A stretch of 44,784 nucleotides of DNA from Escherichia phage TL-2011b. Positions 1 through 8,713 of this stretch are shown here, one piece after another (positions within the stretch are counted from its first letter, which is position 1; every line of letters starts with the position of its first letter). Position numbers and translations under genes: made by a program. The DNA lies in the sequence record JQ011317, one strand, 5' to 3'. The notes beneath the pieces are model-generated. The model had not been told where the DNA came from. It did no database searches and saw only the letters and a list, made by a program, of their open reading frames with translations.

Positions 1-47
1 TAACAGCTAACTCATAGCAAGTCATTCCTATTCAGATACTAACTCAA

Positions 48-79
48 CCCTCTGTTTTTACAGAGGGTTTTTGTTTTTA
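48..79 (+). terminator. Rho-independent terminator at left prophage end (phage-borne analogue of the guaA terminator)
   Basis: Stem CCCTCTG / CAGAGGG with 6-nt loop followed by TTTTTGTTTTT; near-copy of the terminator at 41296-41321. Confidence 0.6.
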
Positions 80-134
80 TGTATTCATTTCTATTCACTC
101 TACACCATATTTTTCGGCGGTACAGGTGACGGTA

Positions 135-149
135 TTACCTTAAAGGTAT
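135..149. promoter_or_regulatory. TTACC-N5-GGTAT palindromic operator-like site upstream of the integrase gene
   Basis: TTACCTTAAAGGTAT, one mismatch to the TTACC-N5-GGTAA motif; 43 bp upstream of the int start. Confidence 0.45.
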
Positions 150-191
150 ACTCTCATACCGTCATGAAAATGGTTTCTATACGGGTGAATT

Positions 192-1439
192 GTGCTTACC
201 GATACAAAATTAAAAAACCTCAAGCCGCAGGACAAACTGTACAAGGTCTCCGATCGTGACGGGCTGTATGTAGCTGTGCTTACGTCAGGCACGGTCTCGT
301 TTCGCTATGACTACCGTATCAACGGTCGCCGCGAAACACTGGTAATCGGGCAGTATGGGCGTGACGGTATCAGCCTGGCAGAAGCGCGAGAAGAACTGAT
401 TGCTGCAAAGAAGCTGCTTAAAGCAGGCCAGTCACCGGCTGCGGCTAAACGTGACGGTATCAAAAAGATTCGTGGTGCCGAGACGTTTGCGGTACATACC
501 GACAGTTATATGAAACATGTCATCCTGGCTGACAGTACCCGCGCAATGAAGCAGGCGGTGATCGACCGTGACATACTTCCGGTTCTTGGCAACAAAATGA
601 TGACTGAAATTACCACATCGATGGTTCGTGATTTGTGTGACCGGATTGTCGAACGCGGTGGTCGGGCAACAGCAGTGCAGGCCAGGGAGATCATCAGCAG
701 CGTATACCGTCACGCCAATGACCGTGGTCATGGTTTGTTTAATCCTGCGGCTGACATTAAACCTTCGTCTATCGCCATATTTAAACCACGAGAGCGAACA
801 CTGACACCAGAAGAAATTGGCCTGTTCTTCCGCACGCTGGATGCCATTGGTGCTATGGGCACTATGAAAATGGCTTTAAAGCTGGTGCTTATCACTATGG
901 TTCGTAAAGGCGAATTCACCAATGCAACGTGGGACGAAATAGATTTTAAAAAATGGACATGGACAATTCCTTCAGACCGCATGAAGGGAAGCCGGGCGCA
1001 TGTTATTTACCTGCCTAAACAGGCACAGGATATATTGGTCGGGTTGCAGATGTACGCTGGTGGAAGTGAATATCTGGTTCCTGGTCGTTACAACTTCCGG
1101 AAGCCATTATCTAATGCCGCGCTGAACTCTCTGATCGACAGAACGGTGAAAATAATAAATGAAGATGGTGAGCATATTCAGGACTTCACCGTACATGATA
1201 TGCGCCGTACAGCCAGTACGTTGTTGCATGAGGCTGGTTATCCTTCAGACTGGATTGAAAAGGCTCTGGCACATGAGCAGAAAGGTGTGCGCGCCGTATA
1301 TAACAAAGCGGAATACGCCAGACAGCGCGCCTACATGTTGCAGCAGTGGGCCGATATGATTGATTCCTGGATTGACGGGGAGCATACGGATCTGATTCCG
1401 TTCTCCCCGTCGAAGTTTGAGAAGTGGATGGCGGGATAA
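192..1439 (+). CDS. int: Tyrosine recombinase / phage integrase (P4-type)
   Basis: 415-aa ORF, GTG start after in-frame stop; C-terminal catalytic signature (HDMRRT ... VRAVYNKAEY); N-terminal arm-binding-type domain. Confidence 0.9.
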   Translation: MLTDTKLKNLKPQDKLYKVSDRDGLYVAVLTSGTVSFRYDYRINGRRETLVIGQYGRDGISLAEAREELIAAKKLLKAGQSPAAAKRDGIKKIRGAETFAVHTDSYMKHVILADSTRAMKQAVIDRDILPVLGNKMMTEITTSMVRDLCDRIVERGGRATAVQAREIISSVYRHANDRGHGLFNPAADIKPSSIAIFKPRERTLTPEEIGLFFRTLDAIGAMGTMKMALKLVLITMVRKGEFTNATWDEIDFKKWTWTIPSDRMKGSRAHVIYLPKQAQDILVGLQMYAGGSEYLVPGRYNFRKPLSNAALNSLIDRTVKIINEDGEHIQDFTVHDMRRTASTLLHEAGYPSDWIEKALAHEQKGVRAVYNKAEYARQRAYMLQQWADMIDSWIDGEHTDLIPFSPSKFEKWMAG

Positions 1440-1445
1440 TAACGT

Positions 1446-1640
1446 TTAATAGTTCTGCTGATTTTCTTCCATCTCGGCTTCTGCTGCCAGTGATTCAATT
1501 TTGTCTGCGAATATTGCTGACAGCGTTGCAAATTCAGCATCAGTGACAGCGGGAATTGGAACAAACCTGATCCCGCTGTGTGCAAGCATGTTTGCAGTTT
1601 CAAGGCATTTCCTTAAATCTGCTGGTGATGCCCTGTTCAT
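1446..1640 (-). CDS. Hypothetical small acidic protein (64 aa)
   Basis: ATG at 1640 overlaps the methyltransferase stop (ATGA coupling); last gene of the leftward operon. No family recognised. Confidence 0.4.
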   Translation of the reverse strand: MNRASPADLRKCLETANMLAHSGIRFVPIPAVTDAEFATLSAIFADKIESLAAEAEMEENQQNY

Positions 1641-2287
1641 GCTGCACGCTCCCGCCCCTGGTTGTCTGTTGGTGACAGCGGAGCATTGCTGAATGCATTT
1701 GTTAATCCGGCAATATCCAACGCGTATCCAGGGTGTAGTTGCACTGCCGGGTCTTCGCACTGATTACCCCAAACATCGAAGCCATGAGACGTCTGGCGGG
1801 CGAATAGTTCAATGCGAGAAACATCGCCTAACAATTGCACAAGTTTTTCACGAACAATATCTGGTTTTCTTGAATGCTCAAGCCGCGGTGCGGTAAATGA
1901 CTGAACGATCCCTGCATTAATGCGCGTAGGTAGTTTTCCCTTTACTGCAAACAGGCAATCTTCACTATTGGCGCGAGTCATGTGACCCATACCCATAACC
2001 AGTTTATCTGGTTGTCGACTACCACATTTTATCCACGTGAATCCCTTCATGGTCATCAGACGGAATCCCCAGGCTTCAACAACTTTTAGTGCTTCGAGTG
2101 GTTGTGTTGGCACCCACCACATGGCCAACAGACAGTTTTCATCGGCCAAATCCCACACAGGAAGGCGGCAGATATCCAGCACACTCATAACTGGATATTT
2201 AAAACCGGCACCGCGATTACCATCTGCGGCTTTGTCCCGGTATGCCCAGGGTGGATCTGCATAGATTAGTGTGTATTTCTTAGTCAT
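1637..2287 (-). CDS. MT-A70-family DNA N6-adenine methyltransferase
   Basis: Translation contains DPPW catalytic motif (LIYADPPWAY); ATG at 2287 (MTKKYTLIYADPPW). Confidence 0.75.
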   Translation of the reverse strand: MTKKYTLIYADPPWAYRDKAADGNRGAGFKYPVMSVLDICRLPVWDLADENCLLAMWWVPTQPLEALKVVEAWGFRLMTMKGFTWIKCGSRQPDKLVMGMGHMTRANSEDCLFAVKGKLPTRINAGIVQSFTAPRLEHSRKPDIVREKLVQLLGDVSRIELFARQTSHGFDVWGNQCEDPAVQLHPGYALDIAGLTNAFSNAPLSPTDNQGRERAA

Positions 2288-2546
2288 AAACCACCCCACA
2301 ACATCCTATGCCGCTATAGTCGCCACGGCGAAGGCCGTTACCTTTTGTGATACATTGGTCCCTGCGAACCGCGATCCTTGCACGCTCAACATCACCAGAA
2401 GCAACATCCATACACTGAAGCCAAAGGTGAGCGGCAATGCGGAACTGCCCTTTTTTCTCTCTTTCAATCGCGCGTTTTTCGATCTCTATCGCCGCAGGAG
2501 TAACGGCGACAATCTTTGACGGACTGCGCATTGAAACCTTGTTCAT
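2280..2546 (-). CDS. Hypothetical protein (83-88 aa)
   Basis: ORF translationally coupled to the methyltransferase; alternative ATG at 2531 has an AAGG Shine-Dalgarno. Confidence 0.4.
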   Translation of the reverse strand: MNKVSMRSPSKIVAVTPAAIEIEKRAIEREKKGQFRIAAHLWLQCMDVASGDVERARIAVRRDQCITKGNGLRRGDYSGIGCCGVVYD

Positions 2547-2813
2547 GTGATATTTTTCAAGTCGGCTTAACTTTCTCACTTAATCCAACCCTCTCTGAAA
2601 ATTAATGCCAGCAGATAAAGCCATGCTGAAACAGAGGCCAGGAATAAGTACCATCCTGACCATTTGCTCCAGTGCCTTAGCAGCGCACTCATGCAGCGTT
2701 GCTCACAGGACGATATACACCTTGCAGAACAGCAGGTCGTTTACCCTAGAACACCCCCGGGCACCCTGCCTGACGTTCATCAAGCCAACGAAAAACTGCA
2801 ACACGGGAAACCC

Positions 2814-2894
2814 ATGGCAAGCAGCTGGATTAACGGTGAAGTTATAACACCGGATAAACCGGAAATTCCCCTGCGCGCTCCATACGGTCGATAG
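2814..2894 (+). pseudogene. Orphan 5' fragment of a replication O-like gene
   Basis: 2800-2867 is about 85% identical to 6603-6670 (RBS plus first 17 codons MASSWI..VITPDKPEI of the O-like gene), then diverges and stops after 26 codons. Confidence 0.6.
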
Positions 2895-2952
2895 TGCTCC
2901 ATGACAGTGGCACCACCGCCAGGAGTTCCTTCTTACCTAATGCACCTTTCAT
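2842..2952 (-). CDS. AlpA-family HTH protein, apparently C-terminally truncated (36 aa)
   Basis: MKGALGKKELLAVVPLSWSTIDRMERAGEFPVYPVL matches the AlpA/Xis-like motif (L..SRSTIYR....G.FP) but stops where the O-fragment homology begins; GAGAGG Shine-Dalgarno 6 nt upstream. Confidence 0.4.
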   Translation of the reverse strand: MKGALGKKELLAVVPLSWSTIDRMERAGEFPVYPVL

Positions 2953-3001
2953 AAATACCTCTCTTGGTTGCAGTGCGGCGCGCGTGGCGCCGCGGTGGTG
3001 G

Positions 3002-3883
3002 TTACATAGATGTTTCGTTTAATTCTTCCCGACGAACGCTGTAAACGTCGGTGGCTTTTGCCAGCAGTTCGTCATCATCTGAAAGTTTTTGTGCAATGTA
3101 TTTGTAAGCCTTATCCAGTTCGGAGACAGTGCTGTAATTCATCGCTGCGCTGGTAAAGGCCATCAGCATTTCTTCTGGCTCACGGCTATCCGCTTTACGC
3201 GTTTGCTCATCAGGCTTTTTCACTGATTTAGCGTTGATCAGACTGTTCATTCCCGCAGCCGTAGTCATTTGCGGAGTAATGTCTCGCTCAACGCGCGGTG
3301 CCGTTTCCTGTAATTCGTCAGGGGTGTAAACACCGAGAAGTACATCAGGAGCGTGCAGGCGAGCCCATCGTTTCGTGCAAAGATAGGCGAGCTGCTGGCG
3401 CGGATCCTGTTCCCACAATGGAGAGTTACGCACTCCGGCTTGCGCCATACTGATGGTAAGCTCACGTGGTTCTGCTTCTCCTTTAAGAACTGCTGACACA
3501 GTTACCGTCAGATTCGGTGATTTATCTGTTTTGCCGTTAACATTCGACCAGTCACCGCTCCAGCGATAATTCAGGCGTGTCGCCAGCAGGCTGGAAGAGG
3601 ATACGACCGCGTTTACCAACTGTGCTTCGTAGCCTAACGTTCCGTTTACCACATGCGTTTTCTGCGCCACGGCGAACGGGTTCATTCCCCACTGTGCCGC
3701 CTGCATGGTCACCGCCAGGCAATCGGCAGGTTTGCCTTCAAGATGTTTCGGTACAGTCGCTTTGCTTTGTGACATCAACTCCGCGAAACGCACCAGTTGA
3801 TTCATGCCCTCGGGGCTGAAGATTGCCGCAGCAGTGCCTACAGTTGCGCCTGGTTGTGATGTGATTGCGATATCATTGCTCAT
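3002..3883 (-). CDS. recT: RecT-family single-strand annealing protein
   Basis: 293-aa ORF recognised as RecT/Red-beta-like; ATGA-coupled to the upstream exonuclease gene. Confidence 0.8.
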   Translation of the reverse strand: MSNDIAITSQPGATVGTAAAIFSPEGMNQLVRFAELMSQSKATVPKHLEGKPADCLAVTMQAAQWGMNPFAVAQKTHVVNGTLGYEAQLVNAVVSSSSLLATRLNYRWSGDWSNVNGKTDKSPNLTVTVSAVLKGEAEPRELTISMAQAGVRNSPLWEQDPRQQLAYLCTKRWARLHAPDVLLGVYTPDELQETAPRVERDITPQMTTAAGMNSLINAKSVKKPDEQTRKADSREPEEMLMAFTSAAMNYSTVSELDKAYKYIAQKLSDDDELLAKATDVYSVRREELNETSM

Positions 3884-4701
3884 ACATACATATCCTGTTT
3901 ACGTGCCCAGTCAGGACGTTTAATAATTTCCACTCCGCCCCATTCATCGTTGATGCGGCATTCGTGATAGGTATTCAGATCCCGGCGGAACAGAGCGTGC
4001 CCGGCATCGACATCCGGCACATCCAGCTCGAACACGCGTACCGGATACCGACCACAATCAATGCTTTCGCTCACGGCAAGAAAGAAAAAACCATGCGGCT
4101 GACCAGTAACCCTCATTGCGCCTTCGCGGTACATTGCGTCCTGCACGTGGTAGCGGAATTCCTCGATGTGACGTGCAAAACGCTCCATATCTGCAACCTT
4201 TTTCACGTCGACGATCACGTTGTGCTCGTTCAGCCATTTGTCTGGACGAATTCGGCACAACTCACCAGTCTCTTCATCGTTCCAGTACATTGACGCTTCG
4301 CAGTAACCAGGTGCTTCCAGCATCCAGCGTGCCGCCGGGTGAGCCATTGCGCTATCACGCATCAGCTCCAGTTTCCGCCACTGCTCGGCATCAAGTACCG
4401 TAATCCCCATATCCGCCACATCACGAAGAAATGCCTCTTCGTCAGCTTTACCTTGTTTCGTCCGACGATCGAATTTCGGTGAAACAATGAAGCGTTTGTC
4501 GAACTCTCCAGGCTCCAGAAGCAGACAGTGCAATGCGGTTCCCATATCCAGTGCAGACTTTTTCTCTTCGTCTTCTGGTGCTGCCTGAACCCATTTAAGA
4601 AGCGCCGGATTCTTGGCAACCATGTCAAGTTGCGACTTACTCACGCCGTCACCGGCGTGGTAGTCTTCGTTGCTGATGTCGAAATAAATTCCCGGTTTCA
4701 T
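3880..4701 (-). CDS. PD-(D/E)xK exonuclease, RecE/YqaJ-like partner of RecT
   Basis: 273-aa ORF starting MKPGIYFDISNEDYHAGDG with IVDVKKV motif; immediately upstream of recT. Confidence 0.65.
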   Translation of the reverse strand: MKPGIYFDISNEDYHAGDGVSKSQLDMVAKNPALLKWVQAAPEDEEKKSALDMGTALHCLLLEPGEFDKRFIVSPKFDRRTKQGKADEEAFLRDVADMGITVLDAEQWRKLELMRDSAMAHPAARWMLEAPGYCEASMYWNDEETGELCRIRPDKWLNEHNVIVDVKKVADMERFARHIEEFRYHVQDAMYREGAMRVTGQPHGFFFLAVSESIDCGRYPVRVFELDVPDVDAGHALFRRDLNTYHECRINDEWGGVEIIKRPDWARKQDMYV

Positions 4702-4997
4702 GCCGCGTCCTTCTGTCCATCAAGCTGATCCGCCAGATCCCAGCGGGCGATAATTGCCATTGCCTCTCGCCGATAGGCATCCATCAGTTCTTCGAACTCA
4801 GGGCTGTCTTTAGCAGCCTCCAGTACTTCCTGACGAACGCCTTTGCCTGTTACAACGTCGAAAGTTGAGGACAGTTGATGAAGTCGGATGCTCTCAATCA
4901 GTTCAACTTGTCGGTCATATAGCTGTTCTGACAGGCGGTAGTCCTTGTCGAATGCCAGCATGATTTTTTGAAGATTTTTCTGCTGATTAACGTTCAT
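4698..4997 (-). CDS. Hypothetical early protein (99 aa)
   Basis: ATG at 4997 preceded by GGGAGG; overlaps the exonuclease start. Confidence 0.45.
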   Translation of the reverse strand: MNVNQQKNLQKIMLAFDKDYRLSEQLYDRQVELIESIRLHQLSSTFDVVTGKGVRQEVLEAAKDSPEFEELMDAYRREAMAIIARWDLADQLDGQKDAA

Positions 4998-4999
4998 TA

Positions 5000-5152
5000 T
5001 CAGCCCTCCCATATCTCGTTATCGTTGGCCACATCGCGAGCTTCTTTGCTGACGAAAGCCCACTTAATGCCTTCCTGTAAGGTGCGGAACTTCCAGCTCA
5101 TGAATCCGCATGCAGTAACGCAGTACCAACCGTTGATGATTTTCCACTGCAT
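5000..5152 (-). CDS. Small ORF (50 aa), first gene of the leftward early operon
   Basis: ATG at 5152 with GAGGT Shine-Dalgarno 8 nt upstream; below the 60-aa cutoff of the ORF track. Confidence 0.3.
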   Translation of the reverse strand: MQWKIINGWYCVTACGFMSWKFRTLQEGIKWAFVSKEARDVANDNEIWEG

Positions 5153-5171
5153 AACTTGTTACCTCGGCTTG

Positions 5172-5248
5172 TTACCGTTTAGGTAATGATTATGCGTATC
5201 TGGTTTGATGTCAATAGATATGAGTTAAAAAAATTACCTGTAAGGTAA
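5172..5248 (-). promoter_or_regulatory. Leftward early promoter (pL-like) with two TTACC-N5-GGTAA operator-like sites
   Basis: Minus-strand -35 TTGACA (5214-5209) and -10 TAATCA (5192-5187); palindromes at 5234-5248 (upstream of -35) and 5172-5186 (at the start site). Confidence 0.5.
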
Positions 5249-5260
5249 TTGTGCGGGCAA

Positions 5261-5284
5261 TAAAAAAGCCGCCATGAGGCGGCT
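5261..5284 (-). terminator. Terminator downstream of the repressor gene
   Basis: Stem AGCCGCC / GGCGGCT with 4-nt loop; A-run on plus strand gives a U-run on the minus-strand transcript. Confidence 0.6.
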
Positions 5285-5305
5285 TACTTACTGAAAACTA
5301 TAGTT

Positions 5306-5890
5306 TTATTGTTTGCTTTTTTCGTTCTGGCTGATGACAAATTCAATGTAACTTTCGATCTTTGCCTTCTCTGTTTCAGGTAACAATGCGTAGCGCGAGC
5401 GGTCATAGTTGATAGTTGCAGGGTCATGCGGGTGAATCAGTAGTTCATATCCGTGACGCCCGAATGCTGATGCAACATTCTCCAGGGTGGAAATGGAAAC
5501 GCTGACCTCATTGTTTAACAGGCGGCTAATTGTCACCTGGGCGACGCCGGATGCGCGGTGAAGTTTTCCCTGTGTTGAAAGGTCGCGGCTTTCGCTCATC
5601 CAGCGTTCCAGGTTGTGAGCCGCCAGCTGACCAATGTCGCTTGGTCCGACAGGCTGAACCCCCTCCTGAGAAAGCGAGCGATCGATATCAAGCCAGTTAC
5701 GGGGTTTATTGGCGGCAGCTTCAATTTTTCGCGCAACCTGGTCGCCGATAACCTTCTTGCCAAGAGCCCAGCGGTTTACCAGATTTGCCTGAGTTCCAAG
5801 TTTTTCTGCCATCCGCGTCTGAACACCATTGAATTCACGGTCGATCAAGTCGTTGAGATTTTGCCTGCGGACGTCCTGGATACTTTTCAT
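5306..5890 (-). CDS. Prophage repressor (CI-like), two HTH domains, no S24 peptidase domain
   Basis: 194 aa; divergent from the cro-like gene across a 154-bp operator region; two HTH-like segments; no Ser/Lys autocleavage module; no Shine-Dalgarno before ATG. Confidence 0.6.
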   Translation of the reverse strand: MKSIQDVRRQNLNDLIDREFNGVQTRMAEKLGTQANLVNRWALGKKVIGDQVARKIEAAANKPRNWLDIDRSLSQEGVQPVGPSDIGQLAAHNLERWMSESRDLSTQGKLHRASGVAQVTISRLLNNEVSVSISTLENVASAFGRHGYELLIHPHDPATINYDRSRYALLPETEKAKIESYIEFVISQNEKSKQ

Positions 5891-5945
5891 TTTCTGGAGA
5901 ATCGCCTCATATATGAATCAGTAGATGATTCAATTTAAAGCAATA

Positions 5946-6019
5946 TTACCCAACAGGTAAATGCACCCCATAGGTAACTATCCTTGATTTTTGTTACCTT
6001 ATGGGTGAATATTTATTAT
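5946..6019. promoter_or_regulatory. Immunity-region operator/promoter (pR-like)
   Basis: TTACCCAACAGGTAA at 5946-5960; inverted repeat CCCATAGGTAAC ... GTTACCTTATGGG (5966-6006) over -35 TTGTTA (5991-5996); -10 TATTAT (6014-6019). Confidence 0.5.
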
Positions 6020-6044
6020 CTGAAATAAATATCAGGCAATAGCT

Positions 6045-6275
6045 ATGAGCGATAACGGACATTTCGATTTCAAAAAGCACTGGCTTGCACTTACTCCGGA
6101 TGAGCGTGAAGCCTTCGCACAGGAAGCCGGAACGACGAGTCACTATATCCAGACTCACTTAACAGGTAAGCGCAAAATGCCAGGTAAAGTATTGATGAAT
6201 GGGCTTTTTAAAGCCTGTAAAACAAGACAATGGCTGCGCTCAAAAGCAGAACTGGCATACTTCTTCTACTCATGA
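6045..6275 (+). CDS. Cro-like HTH regulator
   Basis: 76-aa ORF divergent from the repressor gene; followed by terminator 6298-6319. Confidence 0.55.
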   Translation: MSDNGHFDFKKHWLALTPDEREAFAQEAGTTSHYIQTHLTGKRKMPGKVLMNGLFKACKTRQWLRSKAELAYFFYS

Positions 6276-6297
6276 TATCCAGCCACAAACCTCTGTA

Positions 6298-6319
6298 GAC
6301 CGCCATCCGGCGGTCTTTT
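6298..6319 (+). terminator. Rho-independent terminator after the cro-like gene (tR1-like)
   Basis: Stem GACCGCC / GGCGGTC, loop ATCC, then TTTT. Confidence 0.6.
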
Positions 6320-6423
6320 CATATCTATTCGCACCTTAAAGGTAATAAAAAACCAAATCTGGTTGATCAAATTTTCCAATTGTGCAAAATAGCCAATATC
6401 AATAACAAAAAGGGGCGGAAAAA

Positions 6424-6636
6424 TTGAAGATAGTAACCAGAATGGAGGCCGCAAAAGCCGGGTTAAATCGCTATTTCACAGGAAAGCGGTGCCGTCACGG
6501 CCATCTCTCTGAAAGGTATGTTCTGAACGGAACATGTGTTGAATGTGCAATGAATAGCGCCAACCGCCATCGTAATGAATTTGCTTGTGCACTAAAGAGT
6601 GCAAGAGGGGAAACCTATGGCAAGCAGCTGGATTAA
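6424..6636 (+). CDS. Small Cys/His-rich protein (about 64-70 aa)
   Basis: TTG start at 6424 with AAGGGG Shine-Dalgarno, or ATG at 6442; motif CRHGH...CVEC; overlaps the O-like gene start. Confidence 0.4.
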   Translation: MKIVTRMEAAKAGLNRYFTGKRCRHGHLSERYVLNGTCVECAMNSANRHRNEFACALKSARGETYGKQLD

Positions 6637-7441
6637 GGTTGAAGTTATCACTCCTGATAAACCTGAAATTTTTCAGATAGCAGAAATTCTGGGTATTGAT
6701 CCAGATGCTGTTCTTGGAAAGCTGGTTCGTATATGGGCATGGGCTGACCAGCAAACAATAGACGGTAACGCTGGCAGCGTTACAAAAGGAGTACTTGATA
6801 GACTCGCTTTTATTACAGGATTTGCTGACGCCCTCATTAGCGTCGGATGGCTTGCTTATCATGACGGCAAACTAATTCTTCCAAACTTTGAGCGACACAA
6901 TGGAGAATCATCGAAAAAACGTGCACTTACGAATAGAAGAGTGGCAGAGCATCGAAAACGAGTAACGCAAAAAGTAACGCCAACAGCGTTACAAAAGGAG
7001 TTACCAGAGGAAGAGGAAGATATATATAAAACCCCACACATAGCACACGCGCGCGAGAGTGATCCGACCAGTGAAGCGAACGGTACGCCGTTGCAGGTGG
7101 CAGAACCTGCATTTCTGGATGGCCTGAGTGAACCTATTGGGAAATTTCCGATGACCGATGGCTGGCATCCATCGCCGGATTTTCGACGGCGTGCTGCGCT
7201 GTGGGGAACGGCCCTGCCGGAACCGGAATTTACACCTGCTGAACTTGCTGCATTCCGGGATTACTGGATGGCTGAGGGCAAAGTGTTCACGCAGGTTCAG
7301 TGGGAACAAAAATTCGCCAGGCACGTAAATCATATCAGGGGAAAATCAAAAAACGTCGGGAAAAGCGATGAGCTTGACTGGAATAACACTGACTGGATAG
7401 AAGGGGTGTGGGATGAAATCAACTCCAGAACTTCTCAATGA
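6617..7441 (+). CDS. Replication initiator / replisome organiser (lambda O-like)
   Basis: ATG at 6617 with GAGGGG Shine-Dalgarno; contains iteron-like repeats and an AT-rich tract; followed by a P-like gene. Confidence 0.6.
   Translation: MASSWIKVEVITPDKPEIFQIAEILGIDPDAVLGKLVRIWAWADQQTIDGNAGSVTKGVLDRLAFITGFADALISVGWLAYHDGKLILPNFERHNGESSKKRALTNRRVAEHRKRVTQKVTPTALQKELPEEEEDIYKTPHIAHARESDPTSEANGTPLQVAEPAFLDGLSEPIGKFPMTDGWHPSPDFRRRAALWGTALPEPEFTPAELAAFRDYWMAEGKVFTQVQWEQKFARHVNHIRGKSKNVGKSDELDWNNTDWIEGVWDEINSRTSQ
6765..7031. repeat. Putative origin of replication: iterons plus AT-rich tract inside the O-like gene
   Basis: GTAACGC / GCGTTAC inverted pair at 6765-6783; AGTAACGC at 6961-6968 and 6973-6980; AGCGTTACAAAAGGAG at 6776-6791 and 6985-7000; GATATATATAAAA at 7019-7031. 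Confidence 0.45.
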
Positions 7442-8189
7442 GTACGATCGCTTACGTGAGCATGGTGTTGCTGTGCATGAAGAGCGGCGTGACAGCAATG
7501 GCAAAAAGGAGCAGGTCGCTAGAATTTTCAATGAACTATTTGTCCAGTTACAGGCTGCATTTCCTGCAAGCGTTTCGACCATAAGGGAGCAGAACAAACT
7601 TAATGAATTCCGTAAGCAATGGATGCTTGCGTTTCTGGAGAATGGGATCACTACAATGGAACAGGTTAACGCTGGTATGCGCCACGCCCGCGCCAGTGAA
7701 TCTCCGTTCTGGCCGTCGCCTGGGCAATTTATCAAGTGGTGCAAAGACAGCAAGATGGTTCTTGGTGTCACCATTGACGATGTGATGGCGGAGTTTCACC
7801 GGTACAGCAAGGAAAAAAGTTTATATCCTGGCGGTCCCGAAAGATTCCCGTGGCGGCATCCGGTTATGTACTGGGTTGTATGTGATACCCGCCGCGCAAT
7901 GTATCAGCGCCAGCTTAGCGAGATTGAGGTTGAGAAACACGCGCGCAGGTTGCTCGATGATTGGGCGAAAAAGGTGGCTTCCGGACAGCAGATACCCGAT
8001 CCGGTGATCAGCATACAGGCAAAGCCAGAACCCATGAGTACACCTCCGGACACAGGGAGAGACGTTTACCATCCACCAGGGCGAAGTTTCGGGTGCATGC
8101 CTAACGCCGCCACCCTGGGGGGAATAACACCGGCGCAGTGGCTGATGGAGGAATACAGGCGGGGAAAGGCGGCAGGATTTATCAAGTAA
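7413..8189 (+). CDS. Replication protein P-like (DnaB helicase loader)
   Basis: Block NGITTMEQVNAGMR and overall pattern match lambda P as recalled from memory. Confidence 0.8.
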   Translation: MKSTPELLNEYDRLREHGVAVHEERRDSNGKKEQVARIFNELFVQLQAAFPASVSTIREQNKLNEFRKQWMLAFLENGITTMEQVNAGMRHARASESPFWPSPGQFIKWCKDSKMVLGVTIDDVMAEFHRYSKEKSLYPGGPERFPWRHPVMYWVVCDTRRAMYQRQLSEIEVEKHARRLLDDWAKKVASGQQIPDPVISIQAKPEPMSTPPDTGRDVYHPPGRSFGCMPNAATLGGITPAQWLMEEYRRGKAAGFIK

Positions 8190-8226
8190 TACCAGCGCGA
8201 TAGCGCATTTTTTTACGCCTATATAA

Positions 8227-8303
8227 TTACCTGATGGGTAACAAAATATTCTTATATCTATTGATTTTGTGCCTTATGTGGTTTTTAATTACCTTAGAGG
8301 TAA
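8227..8303 (+). promoter_or_regulatory. Promoter with two TTACC-N5-GGTAA sites upstream of the DUF1064-like gene
   Basis: Sites at 8227-8241 and 8289-8303; -35 TTGATT (8261-8266), -10 TTTAAT (8284-8289); second site overlaps the start site and RBS. Confidence 0.45.
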
Positions 8304-8306
8304 ATC

Positions 8307-8652
8307 ATGAGAAAACAGATACAGGCTCTTGGTCGACTCAAAACAGGCCAGATGAACAAAACAGAATCATGCGTATTGCCAGTACCTTGAGCAGCGTAAA
8401 CGTGCAGGGGAAGTCGCCTGGTATCGGTTCGAGGGTATCAAGCTGCGGCTGGCTGACAACACGTTCTATACGCCCGATTTTGCTGTGATGCTCGCCACCG
8501 GCGAGATGGAACTGCACGAAGTGAAAGGTTTCTGGACCGACGACGCCAGGGTGAAAACCAAAGTCGCCGCAGATCAGTATCCGTTCCGAATCATCGGGGT
8601 AACGGTTAAGCCAAAGAAAGCAGGTGGTGGCTGGAACATCGAAGAGTTCTGA
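8307..8652 (+). pseudogene. DUF1064-family phage protein, frameshifted
   Basis: ATG at 8307 reads MRKQIQALGRLKTGQMNKTES then stops at 8388; the family-like remainder (QYLEQRKRAGEVAWYRFEGIKLRLADNTFYTPDF...) continues in the +1 frame to 8652; one extra nucleotide near 8370-8373. Confidence 0.55.
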
Positions 8653-8713
8653 ATCGACGATCTTTTTAGTTATCAATGTAATCAATAAGTTATGTGGATA
8701 AGCGAGGGTAAAG

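Noticed and set aside
48-79. The two similar hairpins at 48-79 and 41296-41321 as the att core direct repeats
   Set aside because: They differ in the loop and in flanking sequence and both behave as terminators; the guaA IEWE-stop remnant at 41251-41265 places the crossover in the guaA 3' end, so the left hairpin is more likely a phage-borne replacement terminator.
71-259. 62-aa ORF overlapping the integrase start
   Set aside because: It is out of frame with the integrase and covers the integrase promoter/operator region; no RBS.
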